Of a stretch of DNA of 64,000 bases, positions 41,194-51,952 are shown piece by piece. The first letter of the stretch is position 1, and the number at the start of each line of letters is the position of its first letter. The DNA lies in the NCBI GenBank assembly GCA_050251875.1, contig JBFWMA010000003.1:32001-96000 (forward strand), read 5' to 3'. The notes beneath the pieces are model-generated. The model was not told the DNA's origin, made no database searches, and worked only from the letters and a program-made list of their open reading frames with translations. The translations under genes were made by a program, and so were the position numbers. This stretch comes from Deferribacterales bacterium (GTDB taxonomy: Bacteria > Chrysiogenota > Deferribacteres > Deferribacterales > Geovibrionaceae).

Positions 41194-42183
41194 GTGAAAT
41201 ACAATACAGATTTTTTAAAAGGTCTGTCAGCGCTGACAGAAGGAAACTTTCAGAAAGCGTCTTCCCATCTGAAAAACGCCGCCATGGACAACAAGGAACG
41301 TATCGAGGCGTATTACACAGCCGGGCTTGTGTTCAAAAAGCTGGGACAGTTTGACAAGGCGCTCTATATCATCCAGACAATCCTCAGAAGCGATGATGTG
41401 GACTCATCCACCAAAAGAGTGCTCAACGTGGAGCTGGGGCGCATCTTCTTCGCCGCCGGAAAATATGACAAGGCTCTCAAACAGCTCGAAATGACATCAG
41501 ACACAGACGGTATCCTGCTGAAGGCAAAATGTCTGCGTGAGCTCGGGCGTTTTGACGATGCCGCCAACACCTATAAATCTCTGGCAAAAGAGACCAAAAT
41601 GGATCTGAACAACGAGATCGGCTACTGTTACTACAGATGCCTGAAATCCGGTCTGGCGAATAACAATCCCCAGTGTTTTCAAAACGCCATAAAATACATC
41701 CCCACATCCCGTGTTCTGCGCATGGCGCATATCGACCAGCATCTGCTGGACGGCAGAGGCGACAAGGCTGTGGAGGAGATAGAAACGTTTCTTCAGGATG
41801 ATCTGCCCGCCACACATCAGGACATGATGAAGTTCCAGACCATCTTCTATGACGAAAACAAATTCGAGTGGCTGGTGCGCCACTGTCTTAAGCGCATCAA
41901 CAAGGGATCGTCAAACCCCTTCATCTACACATATGTCATATCCAGATATATAACCACAGGCAGCAAAGACAAGGCGCAGGCGTTCATCGACAGATATATC
42001 GAAAATTTCGGTCCTACCCATGTCATAGCCAGAGCATCGCTCGCTCTGGAGCATAACGCCATGCTGGCGACACTGCTTGAGAGCGCCAGTTTTTATGAAT
42101 GTTCGGCATGCGGCGAACAGGCGAAGGACTATACCGACACCTGTAAGCACTGCCACGCTTTCGAAACCCTGAAACCCATTTAA
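41194..42183 (+). CDS. LapB-like TPR protein with C-terminal rubredoxin-like CxxC pair
   Basis: TPR-like helices; YECSACG...CKHCHAFET. Confidence 0.75.
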   Translation: MKYNTDFLKGLSALTEGNFQKASSHLKNAAMDNKERIEAYYTAGLVFKKLGQFDKALYIIQTILRSDDVDSSTKRVLNVELGRIFFAAGKYDKALKQLEMTSDTDGILLKAKCLRELGRFDDAANTYKSLAKETKMDLNNEIGYCYYRCLKSGLANNNPQCFQNAIKYIPTSRVLRMAHIDQHLLDGRGDKAVEEIETFLQDDLPATHQDMMKFQTIFYDENKFEWLVRHCLKRINKGSSNPFIYTYVISRYITTGSKDKAQAFIDRYIENFGPTHVIARASLALEHNAMLATLLESASFYECSACGEQAKDYTDTCKHCHAFETLKPI

Positions 42184-42190
42184 CGGAAAA

Positions 42191-44755
42191 GTGACGGTGG
42201 AACGACCCGAAAAAATTACTCCCATGATGCAGCAGTTCAACGAGATGAAGGCGAAGCATCAGGGATCACTTCTGTTTTTCCGCATGGGCGATTTCTATGA
42301 GATGTTCGGTCAGGATGCCGTAACAGCATCCAAGATACTCGGCATCGCCCTTACCTCCCGTGAAAAGGACAAGGATAACGGTATGCCCATGTGCGGCGTG
42401 CCCCATCACAGCTATCAGTCTTATCTGATAAAGCTCCTGAAAGCGGGGCTGAACGTTGCCATATGCGACCAGCTCGAAGACCCGGCACAGGCAAAGGGAA
42501 TAGTAAAGCGGGGCGTTACCCGTGTAATGACCCCCGGAACCGTTCTGGACGAAGCGGCTCTGCCCGCCACAGACAACAACTTCTTCGCCTGTCTCCACAG
42601 ACAGGGATCAGAAATATACATGGCATTCACCGATACCTCCACAGGCGAGGTATATCTGGAAAAATCGCCGGAATCATCAGCGAAAGATATCCTGAACCGC
42701 TACTCCCCGAAAGAAATAATCACCGGGTATAAATCCGACATCCCCAATGCTTTCGAGTTCGGCGGCAGTTTTTCCGAAAATCTGGCTGTCAGGGAAGTGA
42801 CGGATCATTTCTCCGTCTCCTCCGTAAAATCGCTGGGGCTGGACGACACACAGTTCGCCTTTCCGCTGTATATCGCTCTGAAATATCTCGACCGTGTGAT
42901 GCTCAGCGTCACTCTGCTGAAGCCGAAACTTGTCACCGATGACGAACGTGTCTATCTGGACAGTGTGGCTTCGAACACACTGGAGCTGGTGAAAAACAGC
43001 CGTGACGGCGGAGAAGACAGCACCCTGTTTTCTGTGCTGAACCACACCTCCACATCCATGGGCGCCAGAACCCTGAAAAAATGGCTCCTGAACCCATTAA
43101 GAAACGTAAACGCCATCCTGCGCAGACAGGAGATGACCGAGTTTTTCATAAACAGGCAGGATATAGCCGAAGAGCTGATCAGACAGCTTGCGGACGTTTA
43201 TGACGTGGAGCGCATCGCCACACGCATAGCCGCCGCCAGATGCACCGCCAGAGACCTGATCTGGCTGAAAAACTCCACCAAAGCGTTCCCCGTCATAAAA
43301 TATATCCTCGGTTCATGCGACAACCCGCACATCGCGGAAACTGTTCAGATGTTCGACTCTCTGGAAGATCTGACGGACATCATCACGGAGGCGATTGACG
43401 AGAATCCCCCCCTCACTCTGATGGAAGGGGGACTAATAAAGACCGGGTATAATCCTGAAGTGGACGAGCTGAAAGACATAAAAGAGAACAGCCGGGCGAT
43501 ACTTCTGAAAATTGAGGCGAGGGAAAAAACCGCCACCGGCATCAGCACCCTGAAGGTGAAATTCAACAAAGTATTCGGCTACTACATAGAGATTTCAAAA
43601 GGCGCTCTTAATAAAGTGCCGGATTATTATGAGCGCAGACAGACGCTGGTAAACGCCGAGCGGTTCGTTATCCCGGAGCTTAAGGAGCTGGAGGAAAAGA
43701 TTCTGACCGCCGACTCCAGACTGTTCGCTCTGGAATACGAGATTTTTTCCGACATCAGGGCGAAGGTCGCCGAAAACGCCCACCGCATCAGACAGTCAGC
43801 CTCCGTCATAGCAGAGCTGGACGTTCTGTTGTCATTCGCTCAGGCGGCTGTGAAAAACGGATATGTAAAGCCCCTCGTGGGGACTTTTGACGATATAAAG
43901 ATAAAAGACGGACGCCACCCGGTGGTGGAGAAGAATATCAAAACAGGTTATGTGCCTAATGATATCGATCTGAACATCACCGACAGCAGACTCGCCATTA
44001 TCACAGGACCGAACATGGCGGGTAAATCAACCTATCTGCGCATGTGCGCCCTCATCACTCTGATGGCTCACACAGGCTCTTTCGTTCCGGCATCAGACGC
44101 CGAGATCGGGCTGGTGGACAGGATTTTCACCCGTGTGGGAGCCAGCGACAACCTCGCAGGCGGCGAATCAACATTCATGGTGGAGATGGTGGAAACATCC
44201 AACATTCTCAACAACGCCACCGATAAATCGCTGATAATTCTGGACGAGATAGGCAGAGGCACATCCACGTTCGACGGCGTATCAATCGCATGGTCCGTGG
44301 CGGAATATATCGCCGAGAACATCAACGCAAAAACACTCTTTGCCACCCACTACCACGAGCTGACCGACATCTCCATGACATGCTCCGGGGTTAAGAACCT
44401 CGCTACTCTGGTATCCGAGCATAAAGGCGAGCTGATCTTCATGCGCAAGGTAACAGAGGGCACAGCGGATAAGAGCTACGGAATACATGTGGCTGAGCTG
44501 GCGGGACTGCCGAAAGATGTGGTTAAGCGAGCCAATCAGATACTTAAAAACCTTGAAAGAAATGAGCTTTCGCCCCACGGTATAGTGAACACCCCGAAAC
44601 CTCATAAGGACACCCAGTCTGTTGTGCAGACCATGCTGGTGTTTGACGATCACCCCGTGGTGGACGAGCTGAAAAATATGGACGTGAACAGTCTCACCCC
44701 TCTTCAGGCTCTGAACATTCTGTCCGACCTGAAAAGTAAGGCAGCTAAGGACTAA
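42191..44755 (+). CDS. mutS: DNA mismatch repair protein MutS
   Basis: TPMMQQ, FRMGDFYEMF, TGPNMAGKST, DEIGRGTST. Confidence 0.98.
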   Translation: MTVERPEKITPMMQQFNEMKAKHQGSLLFFRMGDFYEMFGQDAVTASKILGIALTSREKDKDNGMPMCGVPHHSYQSYLIKLLKAGLNVAICDQLEDPAQAKGIVKRGVTRVMTPGTVLDEAALPATDNNFFACLHRQGSEIYMAFTDTSTGEVYLEKSPESSAKDILNRYSPKEIITGYKSDIPNAFEFGGSFSENLAVREVTDHFSVSSVKSLGLDDTQFAFPLYIALKYLDRVMLSVTLLKPKLVTDDERVYLDSVASNTLELVKNSRDGGEDSTLFSVLNHTSTSMGARTLKKWLLNPLRNVNAILRRQEMTEFFINRQDIAEELIRQLADVYDVERIATRIAAARCTARDLIWLKNSTKAFPVIKYILGSCDNPHIAETVQMFDSLEDLTDIITEAIDENPPLTLMEGGLIKTGYNPEVDELKDIKENSRAILLKIEAREKTATGISTLKVKFNKVFGYYIEISKGALNKVPDYYERRQTLVNAERFVIPELKELEEKILTADSRLFALEYEIFSDIRAKVAENAHRIRQSASVIAELDVLLSFAQAAVKNGYVKPLVGTFDDIKIKDGRHPVVEKNIKTGYVPNDIDLNITDSRLAIITGPNMAGKSTYLRMCALITLMAHTGSFVPASDAEIGLVDRIFTRVGASDNLAGGESTFMVEMVETSNILNNATDKSLIILDEIGRGTSTFDGVSIAWSVAEYIAENINAKTLFATHYHELTDISMTCSGVKNLATLVSEHKGELIFMRKVTEGTADKSYGIHVAELAGLPKDVVKRANQILKNLERNELSPHGIVNTPKPHKDTQSVVQTMLVFDDHPVVDELKNMDVNSLTPLQALNILSDLKSKAAKD

Positions 44756-44760
44756 AACCA

Positions 44761-45255
44761 ATGACAAGAGCGGCTGATTTTTATACCAGAAGACCTTTCA
44801 TGTCGGTGTGCGTGCTTTTTTCAGCCATACCCTTCTGGGTTCCCCTGCTCGCTCTCCTGATAAACGGCTCCGACCCGGCGCTTATGCTTATGACCGCCGC
44901 TTTGTCGGCAGTGTCAGGCATATTTGCCCGCTCTATGAATTTTGAAGATTTCAGAACGTCTCCGGCTTATACCGTTCTTAAGCTGATTCTGTTCTCCGCT
45001 GTGTTCATGCTTTTCGCCGGATACGCCGATCTGGGGACTCAGGCGGATAAGATATTGGCTTCCATTGCGGTCATCATCATTTTCAACTTCATGTTTATCC
45101 GCCGGACTTCAGGATTCGGCTTTACCAACAGCATGCTGTGGATATTCAAAACATTCCTGTGGGCGGCGTTTCTCTATGGGCTCGGCTCATCATACGCTCT
45201 GCTCGCTGTTTTCATACACATAGTCATCTTCTACCGCAGATACGGACGGGCATAG
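44761..45255 (+). CDS. Hypothetical membrane protein
   Basis: Five to six hydrophobic segments; tight spacing with both neighbours. Confidence 0.7.
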   Translation: MTRAADFYTRRPFMSVCVLFSAIPFWVPLLALLINGSDPALMLMTAALSAVSGIFARSMNFEDFRTSPAYTVLKLILFSAVFMLFAGYADLGTQADKILASIAVIIIFNFMFIRRTSGFGFTNSMLWIFKTFLWAAFLYGLGSSYALLAVFIHIVIFYRRYGRA

Positions 45256-45256
45256 G

Positions 45257-46024
45257 ATGGATATCACATTTAACTGTGTAGCGTCAGGCAGTTCCGGCAA
45301 CTGCTATTTTCTGGAGACTCCCCACAGCGCTGTTTTCATAGACTGCGGGGTGCCGTTGAAAACCATCTTGTCTGTCGCTGACGAAAAACGGCTGATGAAC
45401 AAAGAGATACATCTGTTCATAACCCACGAGCATCACGACCACGTCAGCGGTCTGAAGCCTTTTGTAAACAGATTCTCGCCCAAAATATATTCCAGCGAGG
45501 GAACCGCCTCCGCCATTGACGACAGCATCGGGCATCTGTCCCACATTTACGTTCTTCAGGGCGGATGCGAATATGAGCTGAGCGGATTCTCCGTCATCCC
45601 ATTTTCCATCAGCCACGACTGCGCCGAACCATTCGGATACAGATTCCGCATGGGCGAGAAGGTAGCCACATTCGCCACCGATCTGGGCGTTGTGACTAAG
45701 GAAGTGGAAAGATTTCTCTGCTGTACAGACGTTCTGGTTCTGGAATCCAACTATGAACCCAGCCTTCTGAAAGACGGTAAATATCCGGCATATCTGAAAA
45801 AACGCATCGCCGGACACAAGGGACACCTCTCCAACAGAGACGCCATGAAGATACTGGGCAGTGTCACCGGATCGGGCATCGGGCGGGTATATCTGGCGCA
45901 TGTCAGCGAAGAGAACAACGACTATAATCTTCTGGAAAATTATGCCTCATTCTGCAAAAAAAACTATCTCACCGACACATACGTTCTGAGAAAAGAGACG
46001 CCAGAAACCGGCGTCATCCTCTGA
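45257..46024 (+). CDS. Metallo-beta-lactamase-fold hydrolase (YycJ/WalJ-like)
   Basis: ASGSSGN, THEHHDH, SHD, TDLG, LESNY, GHLSN, LAHVSEENN. Confidence 0.9.
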   Translation: MDITFNCVASGSSGNCYFLETPHSAVFIDCGVPLKTILSVADEKRLMNKEIHLFITHEHHDHVSGLKPFVNRFSPKIYSSEGTASAIDDSIGHLSHIYVLQGGCEYELSGFSVIPFSISHDCAEPFGYRFRMGEKVATFATDLGVVTKEVERFLCCTDVLVLESNYEPSLLKDGKYPAYLKKRIAGHKGHLSNRDAMKILGSVTGSGIGRVYLAHVSEENNDYNLLENYASFCKKNYLTDTYVLRKETPETGVIL

Positions 46025-46108
46025 TATTCTTAATTTAACACAAAAATTACAGTATTACGCCTTTCGGATTTATGCTAATATACATAACTTACATTAGAAA
46101 GGTCTGCT

Positions 46109-47557
46109 ATGAACACCACCAGAAAATCAGGCAACGTTAAAAAGATTCTTATTTTCGGCATAGGCTTTTTTGAGCAGCAGCTCATTCAGTCGCTCATGTC
46201 CAAACGAAAAATGATTGTGGTGGACATCCGCAGAGACCATCTGGAAAACATTCAGTCCACATATCCGGAGCTGGAGATATTCAACGGCGATGCCAGCAGC
46301 ATGCTCACATGGAAAAAGCTCCCTCTGGAGGACATCTCCCACATCATCATCGCCCTGCGTGACGAAGATATCGTTGTGGAGGCGTGCCGCATAGCCCGCT
46401 CTGTTTACGATATGCAGATTCCTATCATACATATAGCATACACCGACAGGCTGAACGAAGAGATTCAGGAGTTCGGAGTGACAACTCTGCACCCCATCGA
46501 TCTCGGAATCAAAGCTGTCACCGGAATCATAGAAAAAAACGTGTCATGGCCTTTGAACATTGGAAAGCGCCAGGGAGAGATCGTTGAGGTCAACGTTCTG
46601 AAGAACTCTCACCTTGTGGGGCGCAAGCTGAAATATCTGCGTCCGTCCACATGGAGCATCGCCTTCTGTTACAGAGGCGAGAAGAACATCATCCCCACAG
46701 GCGATTTCGAGCTGAAGGTGGGCGACAAGGTGATTATTGTCGGCGAGCCGAAGATTCTTAAAGGCGTTATCGACACTCTCACCAAAGGCGAACCGCAGTT
46801 CCCTCTCCAGTTCGGCTCATACATCAGCGTTCCTCTCTGCTCGCAGAGCCCCAGACTTCTGGAAGAGGCGGCATATCTCTTCCGCCTGACCCACGCCATG
46901 AAGCTGAGCGTGCTCCCCGTTATCGGCAAAACTCCAAAAGATATAGAAAAACATGTTCAGTCCATGAATCTCGCCTATGAAAACGGCTATACCATCGCCT
47001 CTGTGAAGGAGGCGGCGACACAGTCTGAACCGGGGCTCATCATGATCCCGAAAAAGCGCAAATTCGGCGGGCTCAATCTGTTCTTCCGCTTCGTCTTCAA
47101 AAGGGCGAAGCACCCTTTCATCCTGACAGCGGGCAATAAGGAATATGAACACGTCTACATCGGGCTCAACTCAGACTCCCCGTCTTTTGCTCTGGAAACG
47201 GGTATAGAGATGGCAAAACTGCTGAATATCCCTTACACCGCAGTTTACGTCACCCTGCCGAAAGACATCAGGGGGCATTTCGAAACAGAAAACCTTCAGC
47301 TCGTACAGAATATGATAAACGATCACGAGCTTTCCGAGAACGCTTCCATAGATTTCCGTATTCTGGAAGGAAACCCCGTCAGAGAGACGGTGAATTTCAT
47401 AAATTCCGCAGAGGAAACCAGCAAGATAGCCGTTCTGTCCTACAGTCTGAACGACAAGATAAGCTATCTGAAACCCCATGTTCAGTACATGATAGCGGGC
47501 AGGCTGAAATGCAGCTCGCTGATGCTGCCCACTGAGGATGTGAATGAACAAATTTGA
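46109..47557 (+). CDS. TrkA-like RCK_N/RCK_C protein with long C-terminal (USP-like) region
   Basis: ILIFGIGFF, VVDI, NGDAS; RCK_C pattern IIPTGDFELKVGDKVIIVG. Confidence 0.75.
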   Translation: MNTTRKSGNVKKILIFGIGFFEQQLIQSLMSKRKMIVVDIRRDHLENIQSTYPELEIFNGDASSMLTWKKLPLEDISHIIIALRDEDIVVEACRIARSVYDMQIPIIHIAYTDRLNEEIQEFGVTTLHPIDLGIKAVTGIIEKNVSWPLNIGKRQGEIVEVNVLKNSHLVGRKLKYLRPSTWSIAFCYRGEKNIIPTGDFELKVGDKVIIVGEPKILKGVIDTLTKGEPQFPLQFGSYISVPLCSQSPRLLEEAAYLFRLTHAMKLSVLPVIGKTPKDIEKHVQSMNLAYENGYTIASVKEAATQSEPGLIMIPKKRKFGGLNLFFRFVFKRAKHPFILTAGNKEYEHVYIGLNSDSPSFALETGIEMAKLLNIPYTAVYVTLPKDIRGHFETENLQLVQNMINDHELSENASIDFRILEGNPVRETVNFINSAEETSKIAVLSYSLNDKISYLKPHVQYMIAGRLKCSSLMLPTEDVNEQI

Positions 47558-48707
47558 GGCTTTTCAGCTCCTTTTCATCTGTTTCGGGGCGTATTTTGTG
47601 CCTTTTTTCAGCAGAAGGCTCTACATCCCCTCATCCGTGGGGGAGATAATCTTCGGCGTGGCGCTGGGAATGTTCTTTCACAGCATGGAGTTCGACAGAG
47701 GCACCATACACTTTCTGGCTGAGTTCGGGTTCATCGTTCTGATGTATCTCGCCGGGCTGGAGATCGACTTTGACAACATCCGAAAGACAGCCAGAAAAGA
47801 TCTGATGGCTTATCTTATGGTTATAATCCTTATAATTCTCGCATCGGTGGCGGTGGTGCTCTACAGGCATGACGCACCTCTGATGGTTCTGGTATATATG
47901 ACCGTGGCTGTGGGTCTGCTCTTTCCCGTGCTTAAGGAGACGGGGTTCATCGACAAAAACTCCGGTCAGGCGCTTCTGATTATCGGCGGCATAGGCGAGG
48001 CTTTCACCCTTATGGCGCTTTCGCTCTTCACCCTTTTTTATCAGTACGGCTTCAGCGCCAAGGCTGTCGGTCACTTCGCCGGTGTTCTGGCGTTCATGGT
48101 CTTTGTTCTGTTCGTGATGAAGTTTACCAAGCTGTTCTTCTGGTGGTTTCCTCATCTTTCAAGGATTTTCATCCTGACGGGCAACTCCACCGAGACAGGG
48201 ATGAGAGCCACCTTCGTAAATATTTTCGTGTTTGTGTCTGTTGCGGTCTTTTTCGACATGGAGCCCATAGTGGGGGCTTTCATCGGTGGGATGCTCTTCG
48301 CCATCCAGTTTCATGACAGAGAGAATATTCAGGAACGGTTAAGCGGTATAGGATACGGTTTTCTCGTGCCTATCTTCTTTATAAATGTCGGAATGGGATT
48401 TAATGTAACAGATTTTCTGGCGCCCAACGTGCTGATGACCGGGATAAGCATCAGCCTTATCATGCTGGCGGTAAGGATATTTTCGATATTCCCGCTCTAT
48501 TTCACGTCTCTGCCTAAGAAGATACTGATAATCTCCCCTTTTTCGCTGGCATATCCACTGACGCTGATGGTAGCCACAGCCGCCATCGGAAAACAGTATA
48601 ATGCCATCTCGTCCACAGAATCCGCTTCCATAGTATTCGCCGCCATGTTCACGGCGATAGTCCTTCCCAGCATCACCAGAGCGCTGGTAAAGAAACTCTA
48701 CTTTTAA
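47544..48707 (+). CDS. Cation:proton antiporter (CPA2 / Na_H_Exchanger family)
   Basis: About 12 TM segments; GEIIFGV, LMYLAGLEID, GAFIGG, FLVPIFFINVG. Confidence 0.88.
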   Translation: MNKFEAFQLLFICFGAYFVPFFSRRLYIPSSVGEIIFGVALGMFFHSMEFDRGTIHFLAEFGFIVLMYLAGLEIDFDNIRKTARKDLMAYLMVIILIILASVAVVLYRHDAPLMVLVYMTVAVGLLFPVLKETGFIDKNSGQALLIIGGIGEAFTLMALSLFTLFYQYGFSAKAVGHFAGVLAFMVFVLFVMKFTKLFFWWFPHLSRIFILTGNSTETGMRATFVNIFVFVSVAVFFDMEPIVGAFIGGMLFAIQFHDRENIQERLSGIGYGFLVPIFFINVGMGFNVTDFLAPNVLMTGISISLIMLAVRIFSIFPLYFTSLPKKILIISPFSLAYPLTLMVATAAIGKQYNAISSTESASIVFAAMFTAIVLPSITRALVKKLYF

Positions 48708-48752
48708 CTATTTTTCTGCATCCTCTACACGAGGCTCAGAATGAGCCTAAAC

Positions 48753-50576
48753 CTATTCCACCGTTACTGATTTTGCGAGATTTCTGGGCTGATCCACATC
48801 CAGACCGAGCAGGCTCGCGCAGTAATATGAAAAAATCTGCATAACGGTCACAGCCGGAAAAACAGAGAGTTCTTCTGTGATAGCCGGAATCTCGATCTTA
48901 TGATCAGCTATCTTATCAAGTCCCTCGTCCCCTTCCGTGGTGATGGCTATCACTATGCCGTCACGGGTTTTCACCTCTTCCACGTTTGAGACAACCTTCT
49001 CATACACAGATGATTTCGGGCATATGCAGAATACGGGCAGGCTGGCGTCTATCAGCGCTATGGGACCGTGCTTCATCTCTCCCGCCGGATAACCTTCTGC
49101 GTGGATGTATGAAATCTCTTTCAGCTTGAGCGCTCCTTCCAGAGCTATGGGATAGTTCACGTTTCTTCCCAGATAGAGGAAATCCGATGAATCTTTGAAT
49201 TTTTTTGCCAGTGACAGGATATTATCGTCCTGTTTCAGCACTTTTTCTATCACTTCGGGAACTCTCACGAGCTCCTGAATGTAGTATTTCATTTTGTCTG
49301 TTTCCAGAGTCTTTCTGGTCTGCGCCAGATAGAGAGCGAACAGGAACAGCACCGCCACCTGTGTTGTAAAAGCCTTGGTAGAGGCAACGCCAATCTCGGG
49401 TCCTGCGTGGGTATAGATCACACTGTCGGATTCTCTGGACATGGATGAGCCCACCACGTTGCACACTGTGAGTGTCATTGCGCCCATTTTCTTTGCTATT
49501 CTAAGGGCAGAGAGCGTATCCGCTGTCTCTCCGGACTGGGTGATGGCGATGAAGAGCGTTTTGTCGTCTATCACCAGTTCCCTGTATCTGAACTCGGAGG
49601 CGATATCCACCTCCACGGGTATTTTAGCGAATTTTTCGATATAGAATTTGGCTGTGAGCCCGGCGTGCCAGCTTGTTCCGCATGCCACTATAACAATGCG
49701 GTTCACCTCTGTCAGACGCTTTTCAGCCTCGTCTGTCAGCCCCATGTTCACCAGCCCCTGTTCCATGCTGTATTTCCCACGGATGGTATCTATGATGGCT
49801 CTGGGCTGTTCAAAAATTTCCTTCTGCATGAAGTGGCTGTATCCCGCCTTCTCCGCCATTACGGGGTTCCAGTCGATTATCTTCAGCTCACGCTGAGCCG
49901 GCTTATCATCTTTGTCATAAACATAGAAACCGTCTCTGGAGAGCAGAGCCACGTCACCGTCATCCAGGAAGACAAAACGTCTGGTGTGCGCAAGCACTGC
50001 GGGTATGTCGCTGGCGGCGAACATTTCGCCATCGCCCACGCCTATAACAAGCGGGCTGTCTTTTCTGGCGATTATTATCTTATCCTGCTCTTTTTCGCTG
50101 ATTATGGCGAGACCGTATGAGCCCACCACCTGTTTCAGCGTTTTCTGAACGGCTTTCAGAAGATCACCCTCATAGTTATCGTGTATCAGGTGCGCGATAA
50201 CCTCAGTATCTGTCTCGGATGAGAAGATATATCCTTTATCTGTCAGATATTTCTTAAGCTCCAGATAGTTTTCGATAATACCGTTGTGAACAACAGTCAG
50301 CTCGTTCGACCTGTGGGGGTGAGCGTTCTCAAAGGAGGGTTTGCCGTGGGTTGCCCAGCGGGTATGCCCTATACCCAGCACCGCCATGAATTTTTTGTCG
50401 GCTATCTGATTTTTCAGGTTGATGAGTTTTCCGACACTCCTCTCTATGTGGATGCCGTCCTGCTCCATCAGGGCTATTCCGGCAGAGTCATATCCTCTGT
50501 ATTCCAGCTTGGTGAGCCCGTCCACCAGTATATTAGAAGCGGTCTGACCGCCTATATATCCGACTATCCCGCACAT
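48753..50576 (-). CDS. glmS: Glutamine-fructose-6-phosphate aminotransferase
   Basis: MCGIVG, GHTRWATHG, PRNLAKSVTVE. Confidence 0.98.
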   Translation of the reverse strand: MCGIVGYIGGQTASNILVDGLTKLEYRGYDSAGIALMEQDGIHIERSVGKLINLKNQIADKKFMAVLGIGHTRWATHGKPSFENAHPHRSNELTVVHNGIIENYLELKKYLTDKGYIFSSETDTEVIAHLIHDNYEGDLLKAVQKTLKQVVGSYGLAIISEKEQDKIIIARKDSPLVIGVGDGEMFAASDIPAVLAHTRRFVFLDDGDVALLSRDGFYVYDKDDKPAQRELKIIDWNPVMAEKAGYSHFMQKEIFEQPRAIIDTIRGKYSMEQGLVNMGLTDEAEKRLTEVNRIVIVACGTSWHAGLTAKFYIEKFAKIPVEVDIASEFRYRELVIDDKTLFIAITQSGETADTLSALRIAKKMGAMTLTVCNVVGSSMSRESDSVIYTHAGPEIGVASTKAFTTQVAVLFLFALYLAQTRKTLETDKMKYYIQELVRVPEVIEKVLKQDDNILSLAKKFKDSSDFLYLGRNVNYPIALEGALKLKEISYIHAEGYPAGEMKHGPIALIDASLPVFCICPKSSVYEKVVSNVEEVKTRDGIVIAITTEGDEGLDKIADHKIEIPAITEELSVFPAVTVMQIFSYYCASLLGLDVDQPRNLAKSVTVE

Positions 50577-50577
50577 A

Positions 50578-51936
50578 TTACTTTACCCCTTTCTTCTTTT
50601 TCCATGCTGATACCCAGCCGTCCATGTTCTGCTGTTTTGCTCTGGTGATGCCCAGAGCGTCTTCCGGCACGTCTTTTGTGATTGTGGATCCGGCGGCTAT
50701 CAGAGCGCCTTTGCCCACTGTCACGGGAGCCACCAGCTGAACATCGCTGCCCACGAAAACGCCATCGCCTATCACGGTCTTATATTTGTTATATCCGTCA
50801 TAGTTGCATGTGATGGTTCCGCAGCCGATGTTAACATCCGCCCCTATCTCAGCATCCCCCAGATATGTCAGGTGGCTTGCCTTCGAGCCGATTCCCATCG
50901 TCACTTTCTTTATCTCTACAAAGTTACCTATCTTATTATCTCCCAGAAGTTTTGTTCCGGGTCGCAGCTGTGCCATGGGACCTATGTGGCTGCCTCTGCC
51001 CACATAGCTCTCCGTGATGAAACAGTTGTCTTTTATTTCAGCGTTTTCGCATATCTCGCTGTCTTTTATACGGCTGCCGGACATAATCACGGCGCCTTTT
51101 CTGATGACGGTTCTTCCTTCCAGATAAACGTTGGGATAGATGGTGACATCGTTCTCTATCTCTACTGTGTCGTCACAGTAAAACGTCTTCGGGTCGATGA
51201 CGGACACACCGTTCATCATGTGCTTCATAGCTGTTCTGTCCCACAGAATTCTGGAAGCCTCGGCGAGCTGGGCACGGTTGTTAACCCCCAGAAACTCGTT
51301 TTCGTCAGGAGCCTCCCATGCGAACGCTCCTTTTTTCACTATATCTGTCAGGTAATATTCTCCCTGAGCGTTATTGCAGTCTATTCCCTGTAATCTCTGA
51401 ACCAGTTCTTTACAGTCGCAGAGATATACTCCGGTGTTTATCTCGTCCTCACGTTTTTCGTCATCTGTGGCGTCTTTCTCTTCCACGATTTTTATAACGG
51501 AGCCGTCAACGCCTCTGATAACCCTGCCGTATCCGTGGGGGTTCTTTACTCTGACAGTTATGAAAGACACAGGTTCAGACTTAGCCTCGGCTATGAATTT
51601 CTGTATGGTTTCCGCTTTTATCAGGGGCATATCCCCGCAGAGGATGAGCACCTGCCCGTCAAATGATCTGAGAGCCTCATCCGCCGCCATAACAGCGTCT
51701 GCGGTTCCCCTCAGCTCTTTCTGAACATAAAAATCAGCTCTTCCTTTCAGATGTTCACGCACCAGCTCGGCGCCGTTGCCTATCACCGTATTTATCTTAG
51801 AAGCGCCGCAGTCCCGGGCGCACTCCACAGCATAGTCTATCATAGGTTTTCCCGCCGCCCTGAAAAGTACCTTCGGGGTGTCGGACTTCATTCTTGTCCC
51901 CTTGCCTGCGGCGAGGATCAGAACCATCAGTTCCAT
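50578..51936 (-). CDS. glmU: Bifunctional UDP-GlcNAc pyrophosphorylase/acetyltransferase
   Basis: LAAGKGTRMKS, GEYYLTD, hexapeptide repeats, CNYDG. Confidence 0.97.
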   Translation of the reverse strand: MELMVLILAAGKGTRMKSDTPKVLFRAAGKPMIDYAVECARDCGASKINTVIGNGAELVREHLKGRADFYVQKELRGTADAVMAADEALRSFDGQVLILCGDMPLIKAETIQKFIAEAKSEPVSFITVRVKNPHGYGRVIRGVDGSVIKIVEEKDATDDEKREDEINTGVYLCDCKELVQRLQGIDCNNAQGEYYLTDIVKKGAFAWEAPDENEFLGVNNRAQLAEASRILWDRTAMKHMMNGVSVIDPKTFYCDDTVEIENDVTIYPNVYLEGRTVIRKGAVIMSGSRIKDSEICENAEIKDNCFITESYVGRGSHIGPMAQLRPGTKLLGDNKIGNFVEIKKVTMGIGSKASHLTYLGDAEIGADVNIGCGTITCNYDGYNKYKTVIGDGVFVGSDVQLVAPVTVGKGALIAAGSTITKDVPEDALGITRAKQQNMDGWVSAWKKKKGVK

Positions 51937-51952
51937 AAATGCTCCTGATATA

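Noticed and set aside
50570..50600. glmS ribozyme
   Set aside because: The glmU stop is 1 bp from the glmS start, so there is no leader.
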